Assembly (NCBI GenBank): GCA_964497195.1 | Contig: CAZCDC010000002.1 | Coordinates: forward strand, 2,969-66,968 | Length of the DNA stretch: 64,000 nt | DNA from: an uncultured Rhodobacterales bacterium | Lineage (GTDB): Bacteria > Pseudomonadota > Alphaproteobacteria > Rhodobacterales > Rhodobacteraceae | Reading direction: 5' to 3' | Shown here: positions 1 through 8,960 of the stretch, in pieces | Numbering within the stretch: the stretch's first letter is position 1 | How the letters are laid out: the number at the start of each line of letters is the position of its first letter | Made by a program: the position numbers and the translations under genes | Notes under the pieces: generated by a model | Told to the model about the DNA's origin: nothing | Databases searched by the model: none | Seen by the model: only the letters and a program-made list of their open reading frames with translations

Positions 1-16
1 TAAATGCTTTTGTCAT
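1..16 (-). CDS. 5' end of a leftward gene that runs off the window. Only 5 codons (MTKAF) are visible. Possibly a malonyl-CoA-ACP transacylase-like gene.
   Basis: The reverse complement of 1-16 reads ATG ACA AAA GCA TTT A, preceded by an AGAGGA RBS-like motif (complement of ~22-27). FabD proteins typically start M..AF(V/I)FPGQG and fabD often lies divergent from rpsF in alphaproteobacteria. Five codons cannot prove this. Confidence 0.25.
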
Positions 17-284
17 GGGGATTCCTCTCTCACGTTTCCCTGAATGATTACAGCGCACAAACACCCGCCGCAAGATGTTCTGCATCACGCGCAATATTTC
101 AACGCAGCGCGCGCAAAAAGCCGCAAAAAAACGCAGCCTTTCCGCGCTGCTTTCTTGTTGCCTTTCCCTGCCTTGTCGCTATAACCCGCCCATCCCCCGC
201 ACTCTCTTGTCGCGGATGCCTCTCGAATGCGGATGGGGGATATTAACGCCGCATGTTGAAGCACGCTTTATGAAGGAATACGAT

Positions 285-647
285 ATGGCGCTCTATGAGC
301 ACGTATTTATCGCCCGTCAGGACCTGTCGAATACACAGGCCGAAGGGTTGATCGAACACTTTGGTGGTGTTCTCACAGACAATGGCGGCAAAGTCGTTGA
401 CAGTGAATATTGGGGCCTGAAAACCATGGCCTATAAAATCAACAAAAACCGCAAAGGCCATTATGCTTTTGTGCGCTCCGATGCTCCTTCCCCTGCGGTA
501 AAGGAAATGGAGCGCCTGATGGGTTTGCACGAAGATATCATGCGCGTCATGACCATCAAAGTTGATGTTCACGAAGAAGGCCCATCGGCCGTCATCCAAG
601 CCAAAAACAGCCGTGACGAGCGCCCCCGCCGTCCGCGCCGCGATTAG
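285..647 (+). CDS. rpsF: 30S ribosomal protein S6
   Basis: [15 protein letters not shown]...[19 protein letters not shown] is a typical S6 sequence. The track ORF 75-647 is over-extended, so I used the ATG at 285. The gene is followed by rpsR and rplI. Confidence 0.93.
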   Translation: MALYEHVFIARQDLSNTQAEGLIEHFGGVLTDNGGKVVDSEYWGLKTMAYKINKNRKGHYAFVRSDAPSPAVKEMERLMGLHEDIMRVMTIKVDVHEEGPSAVIQAKNSRDERPRRPRRD

Positions 648-663
648 GAAAGGACCCTAAACC

Positions 664-891
664 ATGGCAAACAAACCATTTTTCCGCCGTCGCAAGACAT
701 GTCCTTTCTCGGGCGACAATGCTCAGAAAATCGACTATAAAGACGTAAAGCTGCTTCAGCGTTACATTTCAGAGCGTGGCAAAATTGTGCCGTCACGCAT
801 CACCGCAGTCTCTGCGAAAAAGCAACGCGAGCTGGCCAAAGCCATCAAACGCAGCCGCTTTTTGGCCTTGCTGCCATATGCTGTGAAATAG
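664..891 (+). CDS. rpsR: 30S ribosomal protein S18
   Basis: 75 aa with [10 protein letters not shown]...[25 protein letters not shown], the S18 signature. It sits in the S6-S18-L9 operon. Confidence 0.96.
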   Translation: MANKPFFRRRKTCPFSGDNAQKIDYKDVKLLQRYISERGKIVPSRITAVSAKKQRELAKAIKRSRFLALLPYAVK

Positions 892-901
892 GAGATACCC
901 C

Positions 902-1531
902 ATGCAAGTAGTACTTCTAGAACGCGTAGCCAAATTGGGCCAAATGGGCGATGTTGTGTCGGTCAAAAACGGTTTTGCCCGTAATTTCCTGATGCCCCAA
1001 GGCAAGGCGCTTCGCGCTACCAAAGCCAACTTGGCAAATTTTGAAACCCAACGTGTGCAGCTCGAAGCAAACAACCTTGAATCCAAAGGCGAAGCCGAAA
1101 GCTTGGCTGCGAAACTGAATGGTCAAATCTTTGTTGTGATTCGTTCGGCTTCTGATGCTGGCTCGCTTTACGGTTCCGTAACCGGCCGCGATGCTGCTGA
1201 GATGGCAACCGCTGAGGGTTTCACCGTTGACAAGAAACAGGTTGTTCTGGCGGCTCCGGTCAAAGAACTGGGCCTGCACGACATGCAAGTTGTGCTTCAC
1301 CCCGAAGTTTCAGCAACCATTACCATCAACGTGGCACGTTCCGAGGAAGAGGCCGAATTGCAAGCCTCGGGCAAATCCATTCAGGAATTGCAAGCCGAAG
1401 CCGAAGCCGAAGCTGAATTTGATATTGCCGAATTGTTCGACGATATTGGCGCCGCAGCGCTGGACGATGACGACGACGCTGAACAGCCCGTTGAAGACAC
1501 CCCGGCAGAAGACACCGAACAGCCTGAATAA
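902..1531 (+). CDS. rplI: 50S ribosomal protein L9 with a ~60-aa acidic C-terminal extension
   Basis: [36 protein letters not shown] is the L9 N-domain. The tail is rich in E and D (EAEAEAEFD...[22 protein letters not shown]). Confidence 0.94.
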   Translation: MQVVLLERVAKLGQMGDVVSVKNGFARNFLMPQGKALRATKANLANFETQRVQLEANNLESKGEAESLAAKLNGQIFVVIRSASDAGSLYGSVTGRDAAEMATAEGFTVDKKQVVLAAPVKELGLHDMQVVLHPEVSATITINVARSEEEAELQASGKSIQELQAEAEAEAEFDIAELFDDIGAAALDDDDDAEQPVEDTPAEDTEQPE

Positions 1532-1554
1532 GGTTTCGGAATTGACAAATATAG

Positions 1555-1587
1555 GCCGCGCAGCGAAGGTTGTGCGGCTTTTTCTTT
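1555..1587 (+). terminator. Rho-independent terminator after rplI
   Basis: Stem GCCGCGCA (1555-1562) pairs with TGTGCGGC (1571-1578), followed by TTTTTCTTT. Confidence 0.8.
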
Positions 1588-1597
1588 GAGGAAAAAA

Positions 1598-2206
1598 ATG
1601 CTTAAATTATCTCATGCAGTCTTACTGAAATTATTCTTTGCTGGCTTTTTTCTTGCCATCCTCAGTATTATTTTTCTGGACAAAGCCATTTATGAAATCG
1701 TGCATCCGGCCTTGCTGGATCAACGCGCGCTTTGGGAAAATATTACCTATATTGGCGATGCAAGCTGGATGGCAGTCGTTTGCCTGCTGTTTATCGGCGC
1801 TGGGCTGGCCCTGTCAAAACCCAAAATGTGGCGTTCAGCGATGCTTGTTTTTGCCAGTGTTGGGATTATTGGCACTGCAGCATTGATCATTAAGCGCACG
1901 ATCGGGCGGGCGCGGCCCTATTTGTTTGACACTGAGGGAACCCACAGCTTTGTGCCGTTTCAATTTGACAATTTGCACGCAGGTTTTCCGTCGGGTCACA
2001 CCACAACCGCATTTGCTTTTGCGACAATGCTGACCATTTTGTACCCGCGCGCCGCGATCCCGGCCTTTGCGATTGCGGTTTTGGCGGGGTTTAGCCGTCT
2101 GGCCGTTGATGCACATTATCTTGGCGATGTAATCGGTGGGGCAACTTTTGGCACTATTGGCACTATTGTTGTGGCAAAATGGCTGGCGCCCAAGCTGTTA
2201 AAATAA
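1598..2206 (+). CDS. PAP2-family membrane phosphatase
   Basis: All three PAP2 motifs are present: KRTIGRARP, PSGHT and SRLAVDAHYLGD. There are multiple hydrophobic segments. I used the ATG at 1598 with GAGGA 5 nt upstream, because the track start at 1586 is a TTG inside the terminator T-run. Confidence 0.78.
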   Translation: MLKLSHAVLLKLFFAGFFLAILSIIFLDKAIYEIVHPALLDQRALWENITYIGDASWMAVVCLLFIGAGLALSKPKMWRSAMLVFASVGIIGTAALIIKRTIGRARPYLFDTEGTHSFVPFQFDNLHAGFPSGHTTTAFAFATMLTILYPRAAIPAFAIAVLAGFSRLAVDAHYLGDVIGGATFGTIGTIVVAKWLAPKLLK

Positions 2207-2280
2207 ACTTATCCCCGCTGTTAACATGCCGTGGATAAGTGGTTATTGCGGTATATTCCCCTGTGGGACAGGAGCAAAAC

Positions 2281-3756
2281 ATGGCAGATGGTGGACAGAT
2301 GGGTGAGAGTGAGATGATCACTCTCCCCCATAATATCGAAGCAGAACAAGCGCTTCTGGGCGCGTTGCTGGTTAATAATGATGTGTTTGACCGCGTCGCC
2401 AGCATTCTGAACGATTCGCATTTTTATGATCCTGTGCATGCGCGGATATTTGAAACCGCAGCGCGGCGCATCCAGAAAAATATGCTGGTGTCGCCGGTGA
2501 CGCTCAAAGCGTTTTTTGAGGATGACGAGGGCCTAAAGGAACTTGGCGGCGCGTCGTATCTGGCGCGTTTGGCGGGGGCGTCCATTTCGCTGTTTGCTGC
2601 CAAGGATTACGCCCAGATGATCTATGATCTGGCGTTGCGCCGTGATCTGATTGCCATCGGGCAAACTATTTCGGGCAAAGCTGCCAGCGTAGATATGGAT
2701 TCCACGCCTGAGGAACAAATCGTTGACGCTGAACAGGCGCTTTATGGTTTGGCCGAAGAAGGCAGCAGCGACACTGGATTCCAGTCATTTTTGCGCTCGG
2801 TTTCCAGCGCGGTTGAAATCGCCAATAGCGCCTATCAGCGTGAAGGAAAATTGTCTGGCATATCCACCGGTCTGGCAGATATGGATAGCAAAATCGGCGG
2901 ATTGCATAAATCAGATCTATTGATTTTGGCAGGGCGGCCCTCAATGGGTAAAACCTCATTGGCGACCAATATTGCCTATAATATTGCCAAAGTTTACAAA
3001 AAAGGCACCCTTGCCGATGGCTCCGAGGGGGCGATTAACGGCGGGGTTGTCGGGTTTTTTAGCCTTGAGATGTCCTCGGACCAACTGGCCGCGCGGATCC
3101 TGTCCGAGGCGGCGCGCATACCGTCTGAGAAAATCCGCAACGGTGATTTAAACGAGGAAGAATTCCGCCGTTTTGTCGAGGCCGCCAAGGATTTGGAAAA
3201 ATGCCCGCTCTATATTGATGATTCAGCAGCTTTGCCGATCTCAACCCTTGCAGCCCGGGCGCGGCGGCTAAAACGGCAACACGGGTTGGATGTGTTGATC
3301 ATAGATTATTTGCAACTGGTGCGGCCTGCAACAGCCAAGGATAACCGGGTCAACGAGGTTTCGGAAATCACGCAGGGGTTAAAGGCCATCGCCAAAGAGC
3401 TTAACATTCCGGTGATTGCGCTGAGCCAGCTTTCGCGACAAGTCGAAAGCCGCGAAGATAAACGCCCGATGCTGTCCGACCTTCGCGAATCTGGATCCAT
3501 TGAGCAAGACGCTGATATCGTGATGTTTGTGTATCGTGAGGAATATTACAAAGAACGCGAAAAACCCGGTGAACACGACATTGAAAAAATGATGGCGTGG
3601 CAGGGCGAGATGCAAAGCCTGATGGGCAAAGCCGAGGTTATTATTGGCAAGCAACGTCATGGGCCAATTGGTAATATTGAGCTGTCATTCGAGGCTGAAT
3701 TTACCAAATTTGGTAATTTGGCCAAGAATTATCAGCGGCAAGTTGACGATTTTTAA
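2281..3756 (+). CDS. dnaB: replicative DNA helicase DnaB
   Basis: PHNIEAEQALLGALL N-domain, Walker A GRPSMGKTS and IALSQLSR...LSDLRESGSIEQDAD. The ATG at 2281 follows an AGGAG RBS. The track start at 2239 is a GTG. Confidence 0.96.
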   Translation: MADGGQMGESEMITLPHNIEAEQALLGALLVNNDVFDRVASILNDSHFYDPVHARIFETAARRIQKNMLVSPVTLKAFFEDDEGLKELGGASYLARLAGASISLFAAKDYAQMIYDLALRRDLIAIGQTISGKAASVDMDSTPEEQIVDAEQALYGLAEEGSSDTGFQSFLRSVSSAVEIANSAYQREGKLSGISTGLADMDSKIGGLHKSDLLILAGRPSMGKTSLATNIAYNIAKVYKKGTLADGSEGAINGGVVGFFSLEMSSDQLAARILSEAARIPSEKIRNGDLNEEEFRRFVEAAKDLEKCPLYIDDSAALPISTLAARARRLKRQHGLDVLIIDYLQLVRPATAKDNRVNEVSEITQGLKAIAKELNIPVIALSQLSRQVESREDKRPMLSDLRESGSIEQDADIVMFVYREEYYKEREKPGEHDIEKMMAWQGEMQSLMGKAEVIIGKQRHGPIGNIELSFEAEFTKFGNLAKNYQRQVDDF

Positions 3757-3825
3757 GCGGGGGATTTCATCCCCCCTTCGCTTTGCGAATTCCCCCCTAG
3801 AGTATTTTGAAACAAAGAAATTGAT

Positions 3826-4857
3826 ATGCAAGCTACTTTAACAATTGATCTTGAGGCTATTTGTAACAATTGGCGCGCGCTTGATATGTTGTCGGGCAGA
3901 TCAGTTGAAACCAGCGCAGTTATAAAAGCTGATGCTTACGGATTAGGCGCGGCAAGGGTTGGGCCGGCTTTGGTGGCTGCGGGGGTTAAGACCTTTTTTG
4001 TGGCGCAGGCCGAGGAAGGCGTGGCGTTGCGTGGGGCCATTGGGGCTGGGCCTCGGATTTTCAATTTTTCAGGGTTGATGGCTGGCGATGCAGCAGCGCT
4101 AAGCGAATTTGATATCATTCCGGTGTTGAATTCAATTGAGCAGCTTGAGGCATTTGACGGGCCGCGTTGCGCGGTGCAATTCGATAGCGGCATGAACCGG
4201 TTGGGCATGGAACCTGCGGATGTGATTAAGGTACACGGCAAAATCTCGGCACTACAGCCAGAACTGATCATCAGCCATCTGGCCTGCGCAGATGAGCCAA
4301 CACACGCAATGAACCCTGTGCAATTGGCAAGTTTTCACGCGATGAACGCCAGCTTTCCAACCATCCCGAAATCTTTTTCAGCCACAGGTGGCGTGCTGCT
4401 TGGGGTCGATTATCATTTTGATATCACTCGCCCCGGGATCGGATTATATGGCGGACTGCCCTTTGAAACCGCTGAGCCTGTCGTGCGACTAGACCTGCCT
4501 GTTATTCAGGTTCGTGACGTTTCAAAAGGTGAAACTGTGGGGTATGGCAATGGCTGGACTGCGGCAAAACCCAGCAAAATCGCCACAGTTTCAAGCGGTT
4601 ATGCGGATGGCATTATCAGGTCCTCCAATGATTTTTATCTTTACGCAAATGGCATTGCCTGCCCCGTGGTGGGCCGCGTTTCGATGGATTTGTTAACGGT
4701 TGACGTTAGCGCGCTTGAAGATATTCCCCCGATGCTATCTATGTTAAACGATATACAAACCGTTGATAATCTCGCGATGCGTGCAGGGACAATCGGCTAT
4801 GAAATCCTCACCAGCCTTGGCGGGCGGTATAAACGGGTTTATGTTGGCGGCAACTAA
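3826..4857 (+). CDS. alr: alanine racemase
   Basis: The PLP-lysine motif VIKADAYGLG is present, with GYADG and VSMD motifs downstream. Length is 343 aa. Confidence 0.9.
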   Translation: MQATLTIDLEAICNNWRALDMLSGRSVETSAVIKADAYGLGAARVGPALVAAGVKTFFVAQAEEGVALRGAIGAGPRIFNFSGLMAGDAAALSEFDIIPVLNSIEQLEAFDGPRCAVQFDSGMNRLGMEPADVIKVHGKISALQPELIISHLACADEPTHAMNPVQLASFHAMNASFPTIPKSFSATGGVLLGVDYHFDITRPGIGLYGGLPFETAEPVVRLDLPVIQVRDVSKGETVGYGNGWTAAKPSKIATVSSGYADGIIRSSNDFYLYANGIACPVVGRVSMDLLTVDVSALEDIPPMLSMLNDIQTVDNLAMRAGTIGYEILTSLGGRYKRVYVGGN

Positions 4858-4866
4858 GGGACAATT

Positions 4867-5661
4867 ATGCAGGCCATTTCAATGATTAACGGGTTTTTGG
4901 CGGCTATTGGGCGTTCAACGCTGGAAATTCTGGCCTCCATCGGGCGGCTGGTAATATTTGCAGGCAGCAGCGTTAGCCATATTGTACGGCCACCGTTTTA
5001 TCCGGTTGAATTCCTGCAACAATTGCTGCGCATCGGGTATTTTTCACTGCCGGTTGTTGGCCTGACAACGCTGTTTACCGGCGGCGCGCTGGCCTTGCAG
5101 ATTTATGCCGGTGGCGCGCGGTTTAATGCCGAAAGTGTCGTGCCCTCAATCGTGGCCATTGGCATGGTGCGCGAACTGGGGCCGGTTTTGGCAGGGCTGA
5201 TGGTTGCGGGGCGGGTCGGGGCCAGCATTGCCGCAGAAATCGGTACCATGCGGGTGACCGAGCAGATTGACGCGCTGACCACCCTTTCGACCAATCCGAT
5301 AAAATATCTGGTGGTGCCGCGCATTCTGGCCGCCACTTTGGCAATGCCGGTTCTGGTGTTGATTGGCAATATTATCGGGGTGATGGGGGGCTATCTGGTC
5401 GGGGTTTACCGGCTGGATTTTAACTCGGCGGCGTATATCAGCAACTCGGTCGATTTTCTGGAAACTGGCGATGTGACCTCGGGGCTTATCAAGGCTGCGG
5501 TGTTCGGGTTTATCGTGGCGGTAATGGGCTGTTATAACGGCTTTCACTCAAAGCGCGGCGCGCAGGGTGTCGGGCAAGCCACCACCAACGCGGTTGTTTC
5601 GGCTTCGATTCTAATATTGGCGTCAAACTATTTCCTGACAGAATTGTTGTTTCCCACATGA
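4867..5661 (+). CDS. mlaE: MlaE-family ABC transporter permease (lipid-asymmetry type)
   Basis: FYPVEFLQQLLRIGYFSLPVVGLTTLFTGGALALQ...TEQIDAL...VVPRILA is typical MlaE/Ttg2B. The 3' end overlaps the next gene by 4 nt. Confidence 0.88.
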   Translation: MQAISMINGFLAAIGRSTLEILASIGRLVIFAGSSVSHIVRPPFYPVEFLQQLLRIGYFSLPVVGLTTLFTGGALALQIYAGGARFNAESVVPSIVAIGMVRELGPVLAGLMVAGRVGASIAAEIGTMRVTEQIDALTTLSTNPIKYLVVPRILAATLAMPVLVLIGNIIGVMGGYLVGVYRLDFNSAAYISNSVDFLETGDVTSGLIKAAVFGFIVAVMGCYNGFHSKRGAQGVGQATTNAVVSASILILASNYFLTELLFPT

Positions 5662-6395
5662 TAGAATTACGCGATATTCACAAAAGTTTTGCTGCGAATA
5701 AAGTGCTGCGCGGGGTTTCGTTAAGCGTGGCCAAAGGCGAGAGTCTTGTGGTGATTGGCGGGTCAGGCACTGGGAAATCCGTGCTGCTGAAATGCATTTT
5801 AGGCATTGTTACACCGGATTCCGGTGCGATTTTATCAAATGGCGCGCCAATGAACCGCGCTGAATTTTTGACAGATTTTGGCATGTTATTCCAAGGCGGC
5901 GCGTTGTTTGACAGCCTGCCGGTCTGGCACAATATTGCGTTTCGTCAGCGACAGGGTGCGGGGCGGCTTAGCAAAGCGCAGGCGGTTGAACTGGCCGTCG
6001 AAAAACTGCGGCGCGTGGGTTTGAAGCCCGAAACGGCCATGATGTATCCGGCTGAATTATCGGGCGGTATGCAAAAACGTGTCGGGCTGGCACGAGCGAT
6101 TGCCAGTGACCCGAGCGTGATTTTCTTTGATGAGCCAACCACGGGCCTCGATCCGATTATGGCGGGGGTTATCAATGAACTGATCCGCGAAATTGTGGTA
6201 GAAATGGGCGCAACATCCATCACCATCACCCATGACATGAGCAGCGTGCGCGCCATTGCTGACAAGGTGGCGATGCTGCATGACGGCAAGGTTCGCTGGC
6301 ACGGCAATGCGGCGGATATTGATAATGCGGATGACCCGTATCTGGATCAATTCATCCATGGCCGCGCGGATGGGCCTATTGAGGGCGTACGATGA
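5658..6395 (+). CDS. mlaF: MlaF-like ABC transporter ATP-binding protein
   Basis: Walker A GGSGTGKS, signature LSGGMQKRVGLARA and Walker B VIFFDEPTTGLD. The start overlaps mlaE by 4 nt. Confidence 0.88.
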   Translation: MIELRDIHKSFAANKVLRGVSLSVAKGESLVVIGGSGTGKSVLLKCILGIVTPDSGAILSNGAPMNRAEFLTDFGMLFQGGALFDSLPVWHNIAFRQRQGAGRLSKAQAVELAVEKLRRVGLKPETAMMYPAELSGGMQKRVGLARAIASDPSVIFFDEPTTGLDPIMAGVINELIREIVVEMGATSITITHDMSSVRAIADKVAMLHDGKVRWHGNAADIDNADDPYLDQFIHGRADGPIEGVR

Positions 6396-6404
6396 TTGCC
6401 ATTT

Positions 6405-6474
6405 CCGTAGGGTGCGTGGTTTCCACGCACCGTCTCACCCCATGGGTGGTGCGTGGAAACCACGCACCCTACGG
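6405..6474. repeat. Perfect nested inverted repeat (REP/MITE-like intergenic element)
   Basis: Arm CCGTAGGGTGCGTGGTTTCCACGCACC (6405-6431) is the exact reverse complement of 6448-6474, with a 16-nt spacer. Each arm is itself a hairpin, GGTGCGTGG-TTT/AAA-CCACGCACC. The element starts 10 nt after the mlaF stop. Confidence 0.9.
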
Positions 6475-6479
6475 CCCTT

Positions 6480-6917
6480 ATGATTAAACTCCTCAACCTC
6501 TCGCTCCTTATCCTATTCCCCATCGCGTGGTTTGCTCCCATGGCCAATGCGGGATTGTTACCGTGGTTTGGGCGCACAGATATTAGCGTGATTACCAGCC
6601 TGCAATCTTTGTGGGAAACGGATGTTTTCCTAGCGATCTTATTGGCATTTTTTGCCATTATCGCACCAACAGCCAAAACCCTATTGGTTGGGGCAATTCA
6701 TATGGGTTGGCTTGGCAGTAATATTCTGGAGGCTTTGGGTGTATTGGGAAAATTGGCGATGGCTGACATCTTCATCATTGCCATGCTGATTGTTTTGGCC
6801 AAAGGTATCGGTGTTGGCAAAATCGAAACCGGCTGGGGCATTTACCTGTTTACGTTTTGCGTTTTGCTGTCAATGCTGGTGACAGAAATGACCAAGAAAA
6901 CCCTGAAAGAGATTTAA
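6480..6917 (+). CDS. PqiA-like (paraquat-inducible protein A family) membrane protein, single half-size domain
   Basis: SVITSLQSLWETDVFLAILLAFFAIIAPTAKTLL and LGKLAMADIFIIAMLIVLAKG...GWGIYLFTFCVLLSML resemble the PqiA/LetA repeat. I used the ATG at 6480 because the track start at 6453 is a GTG inside the palindrome arm. Confidence 0.62.
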   Translation: MIKLLNLSLLILFPIAWFAPMANAGLLPWFGRTDISVITSLQSLWETDVFLAILLAFFAIIAPTAKTLLVGAIHMGWLGSNILEALGVLGKLAMADIFIIAMLIVLAKGIGVGKIETGWGIYLFTFCVLLSMLVTEMTKKTLKEI

Positions 6918-8290
6918 TGGCCAAAGCCAAAACAACTTTTACCTGCTCCAATTGCGGTGCCAGCCATAAAAAATGGGCGGGGCAATGTGATAATTGCAAA
7001 CAATGGAATTCGGTTCAGGAAGAATCGGCGCTGGCTACTGGCCCTGAGGGTAAAACGCTGGGCGTTGCCAAAGGGCGCAAAATTGTGCTGTCTGACCTGT
7101 CGGAAACCGATGCGCCAATACCGCGCATTAAATCGCGGGTAACCGAGCTGGACCGCGTTTTGGGCGGTGGTATGGTGCCGGCCTCAGCCATTTTGGTTGG
7201 CGGCGATCCCGGCATCGGGAAATCAACATTGATGCTGCAACTGGCGGCAGCTTTTGCCAATTCAGGCCATAAAGTAATTTATATCTCAGGTGAGGAATCT
7301 GCGGCGCAGGTGCGGATGCGTGCGGCGCGGCTTGGCAAATCAGACGCCCCCGTGCAACTGGCCAACGAAACCAATCTGCGTAATATTATCACCACGCTGG
7401 ATTCCGAACGCCCTGCCCTTGCGATCATCGATTCCATTCAAACCATGTGGGCAGATCATGTGGCATCCGCCCCCGGATCAGTGGCGCAAGTGCGGGCCTG
7501 CGCGCATGAACTTACAGTTTTTGCCAAGAAACGCGGTGTTTCAATTGTGCTGGTTGGGCATGTGACCAAAGACGGGCAAATCGCCGGGCCGCGTGTGGTG
7601 GAACACATGGTGGATACGGTGCTTTATTTTGAGGGCGAGCGTGGGCATCAATTTCGCATTCTGCGCGCCGTGAAAAACCGGTTTGGCCCTGCGGATGAAA
7701 TCGGGGTTTTTGAAATGACCGGGGCTGGGCTAAAAGAGGTCAAGAACCCCTCAGCGCTGTTTTTGTCGGAACGTGACAAACCCGCGGCTGGCTGCGTGGT
7801 TTTTGCCGGTATTGAAGGTACGCGCACGGTTTTGGTGGAAATTCAGGCGCTGGTGGCCAAATCATCGCTTAGCAGTCCGCGCCGCGCGGTTGTTGGCTGG
7901 GATTCCGGGCGTTTGGCGATGATCTTGGCAGTGCTGGAATCCCGTTGTGGCATTTCCTTTGGCAATCTGGACGTATATTTGAATATCGCGGGCGGCATGC
8001 GTATTTCCGAACCGGCGGCCGATTTGGCTGTGGCGGCGGCACTGATTTCGGCAAGACAAGACAATCCATTGCCCAGCGATTCGGTTTGTTTTGGCGAGAT
8101 TAGCCTGTCAGGTGCGCTCCGCCCTATCAGCCAGCCGGATAATCGGCTAAAAGAAGCCGAAAAACTGGGTTTTTCGCGCGCATTTGCACCTTCGGTGATG
8201 AAGCTTGTCGCCGAATCAGGCATAAGCGTGCAAAAGTTTGACAATATTGCTGAATTTATAGAAATCACTTTTGGCGTGATCGACGATTAA
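6917..8290 (+). CDS. radA: DNA repair protein RadA
   Basis: Zn finger CSNCGASHKKWAGQCDNCKQWNS, Walker A GGDPGIGKST, the KNRFG motif and a Lon-like C-domain. The ATG at 6917 overlaps the upstream TAA as TAATG. Confidence 0.96.
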   Translation: MAKAKTTFTCSNCGASHKKWAGQCDNCKQWNSVQEESALATGPEGKTLGVAKGRKIVLSDLSETDAPIPRIKSRVTELDRVLGGGMVPASAILVGGDPGIGKSTLMLQLAAAFANSGHKVIYISGEESAAQVRMRAARLGKSDAPVQLANETNLRNIITTLDSERPALAIIDSIQTMWADHVASAPGSVAQVRACAHELTVFAKKRGVSIVLVGHVTKDGQIAGPRVVEHMVDTVLYFEGERGHQFRILRAVKNRFGPADEIGVFEMTGAGLKEVKNPSALFLSERDKPAAGCVVFAGIEGTRTVLVEIQALVAKSSLSSPRRAVVGWDSGRLAMILAVLESRCGISFGNLDVYLNIAGGMRISEPAADLAVAAALISARQDNPLPSDSVCFGEISLSGALRPISQPDNRLKEAEKLGFSRAFAPSVMKLVAESGISVQKFDNIAEFIEITFGVIDD

Positions 8291-8302
8291 GGGACAAATA
8301 TT

Positions 8303-8926
8303 ATGGAAGACCTAACTATTTTTGACGGGATTGTACTGGCAATCCTGCTGATCTCCGGATTTTTGGCATATGCGCGCGGTATCGTTCGCGAAGTATTGTC
8401 TATCGCGGGTTGGGCCGGTGCTGCGGTTATTGCGTTTATGTTTGCGCCCAAAGGCAAAGATCTGGTTTATGAAATTCCGGTTATCAGCGGCTTTGTTGGT
8501 GATTCTTGCAATATTGCCCTGATCGTTGCCTTTGCGATAATTTTCGTTTTGGCCTTGATTGTTATTTCGCTGTTTACGCCGCTTTTGGCAGGCATAATTT
8601 CCGGTTCAGCCTTGGGATTGATCGACAAAGGTCTCGGGTTCTTGTTTGGCTTGGCACGGGGCGTTTTGCTGGTGATTGTCGTGCTGTTTGTTTATGATCA
8701 ACTGATCCCAGAGGGCGAAGGCATTCGCCTGATTGATAACTCCAAAACCGTGGTTCTCTTAGCAGATTCGCAGGTACGTTTAGCTGCCGAAGTTGAAGGA
8801 TCAAAAATCCCTGAATGGTTCATTGCCCGGTTTGAAGACCTGACCAGCACCTGTTCCGCCAGCGGTGCTGATACCGCTCCAGCGGCCCTGCCCGCAATCG
8901 GAACGGACGCAACAGCAACAAACTGA
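8303..8926 (+). CDS. cvpA: CvpA-family membrane protein (colicin V production protein homologue)
   Basis: N-terminus DGIVLAILLISGFLAYARGIVREVLSIAGW and several TM segments. The position upstream of purF is conserved. Confidence 0.82.
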   Translation: MEDLTIFDGIVLAILLISGFLAYARGIVREVLSIAGWAGAAVIAFMFAPKGKDLVYEIPVISGFVGDSCNIALIVAFAIIFVLALIVISLFTPLLAGIISGSALGLIDKGLGFLFGLARGVLLVIVVLFVYDQLIPEGEGIRLIDNSKTVVLLADSQVRLAAEVEGSKIPEWFIARFEDLTSTCSASGADTAPAALPAIGTDATATN

Positions 8927-8960
8927 TCACTGCCGGCAATCAAGGGGGTGACAGCAAAGA

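Noticed and set aside
1391-1414. Tandem GAAGCC repeats, considered as a possible CRISPR or VNTR-like array.
   Set aside because: There are only four in-frame hexamers, inside rplI, encoding EA repeats. There are no spacers. It is not a CRISPR array.
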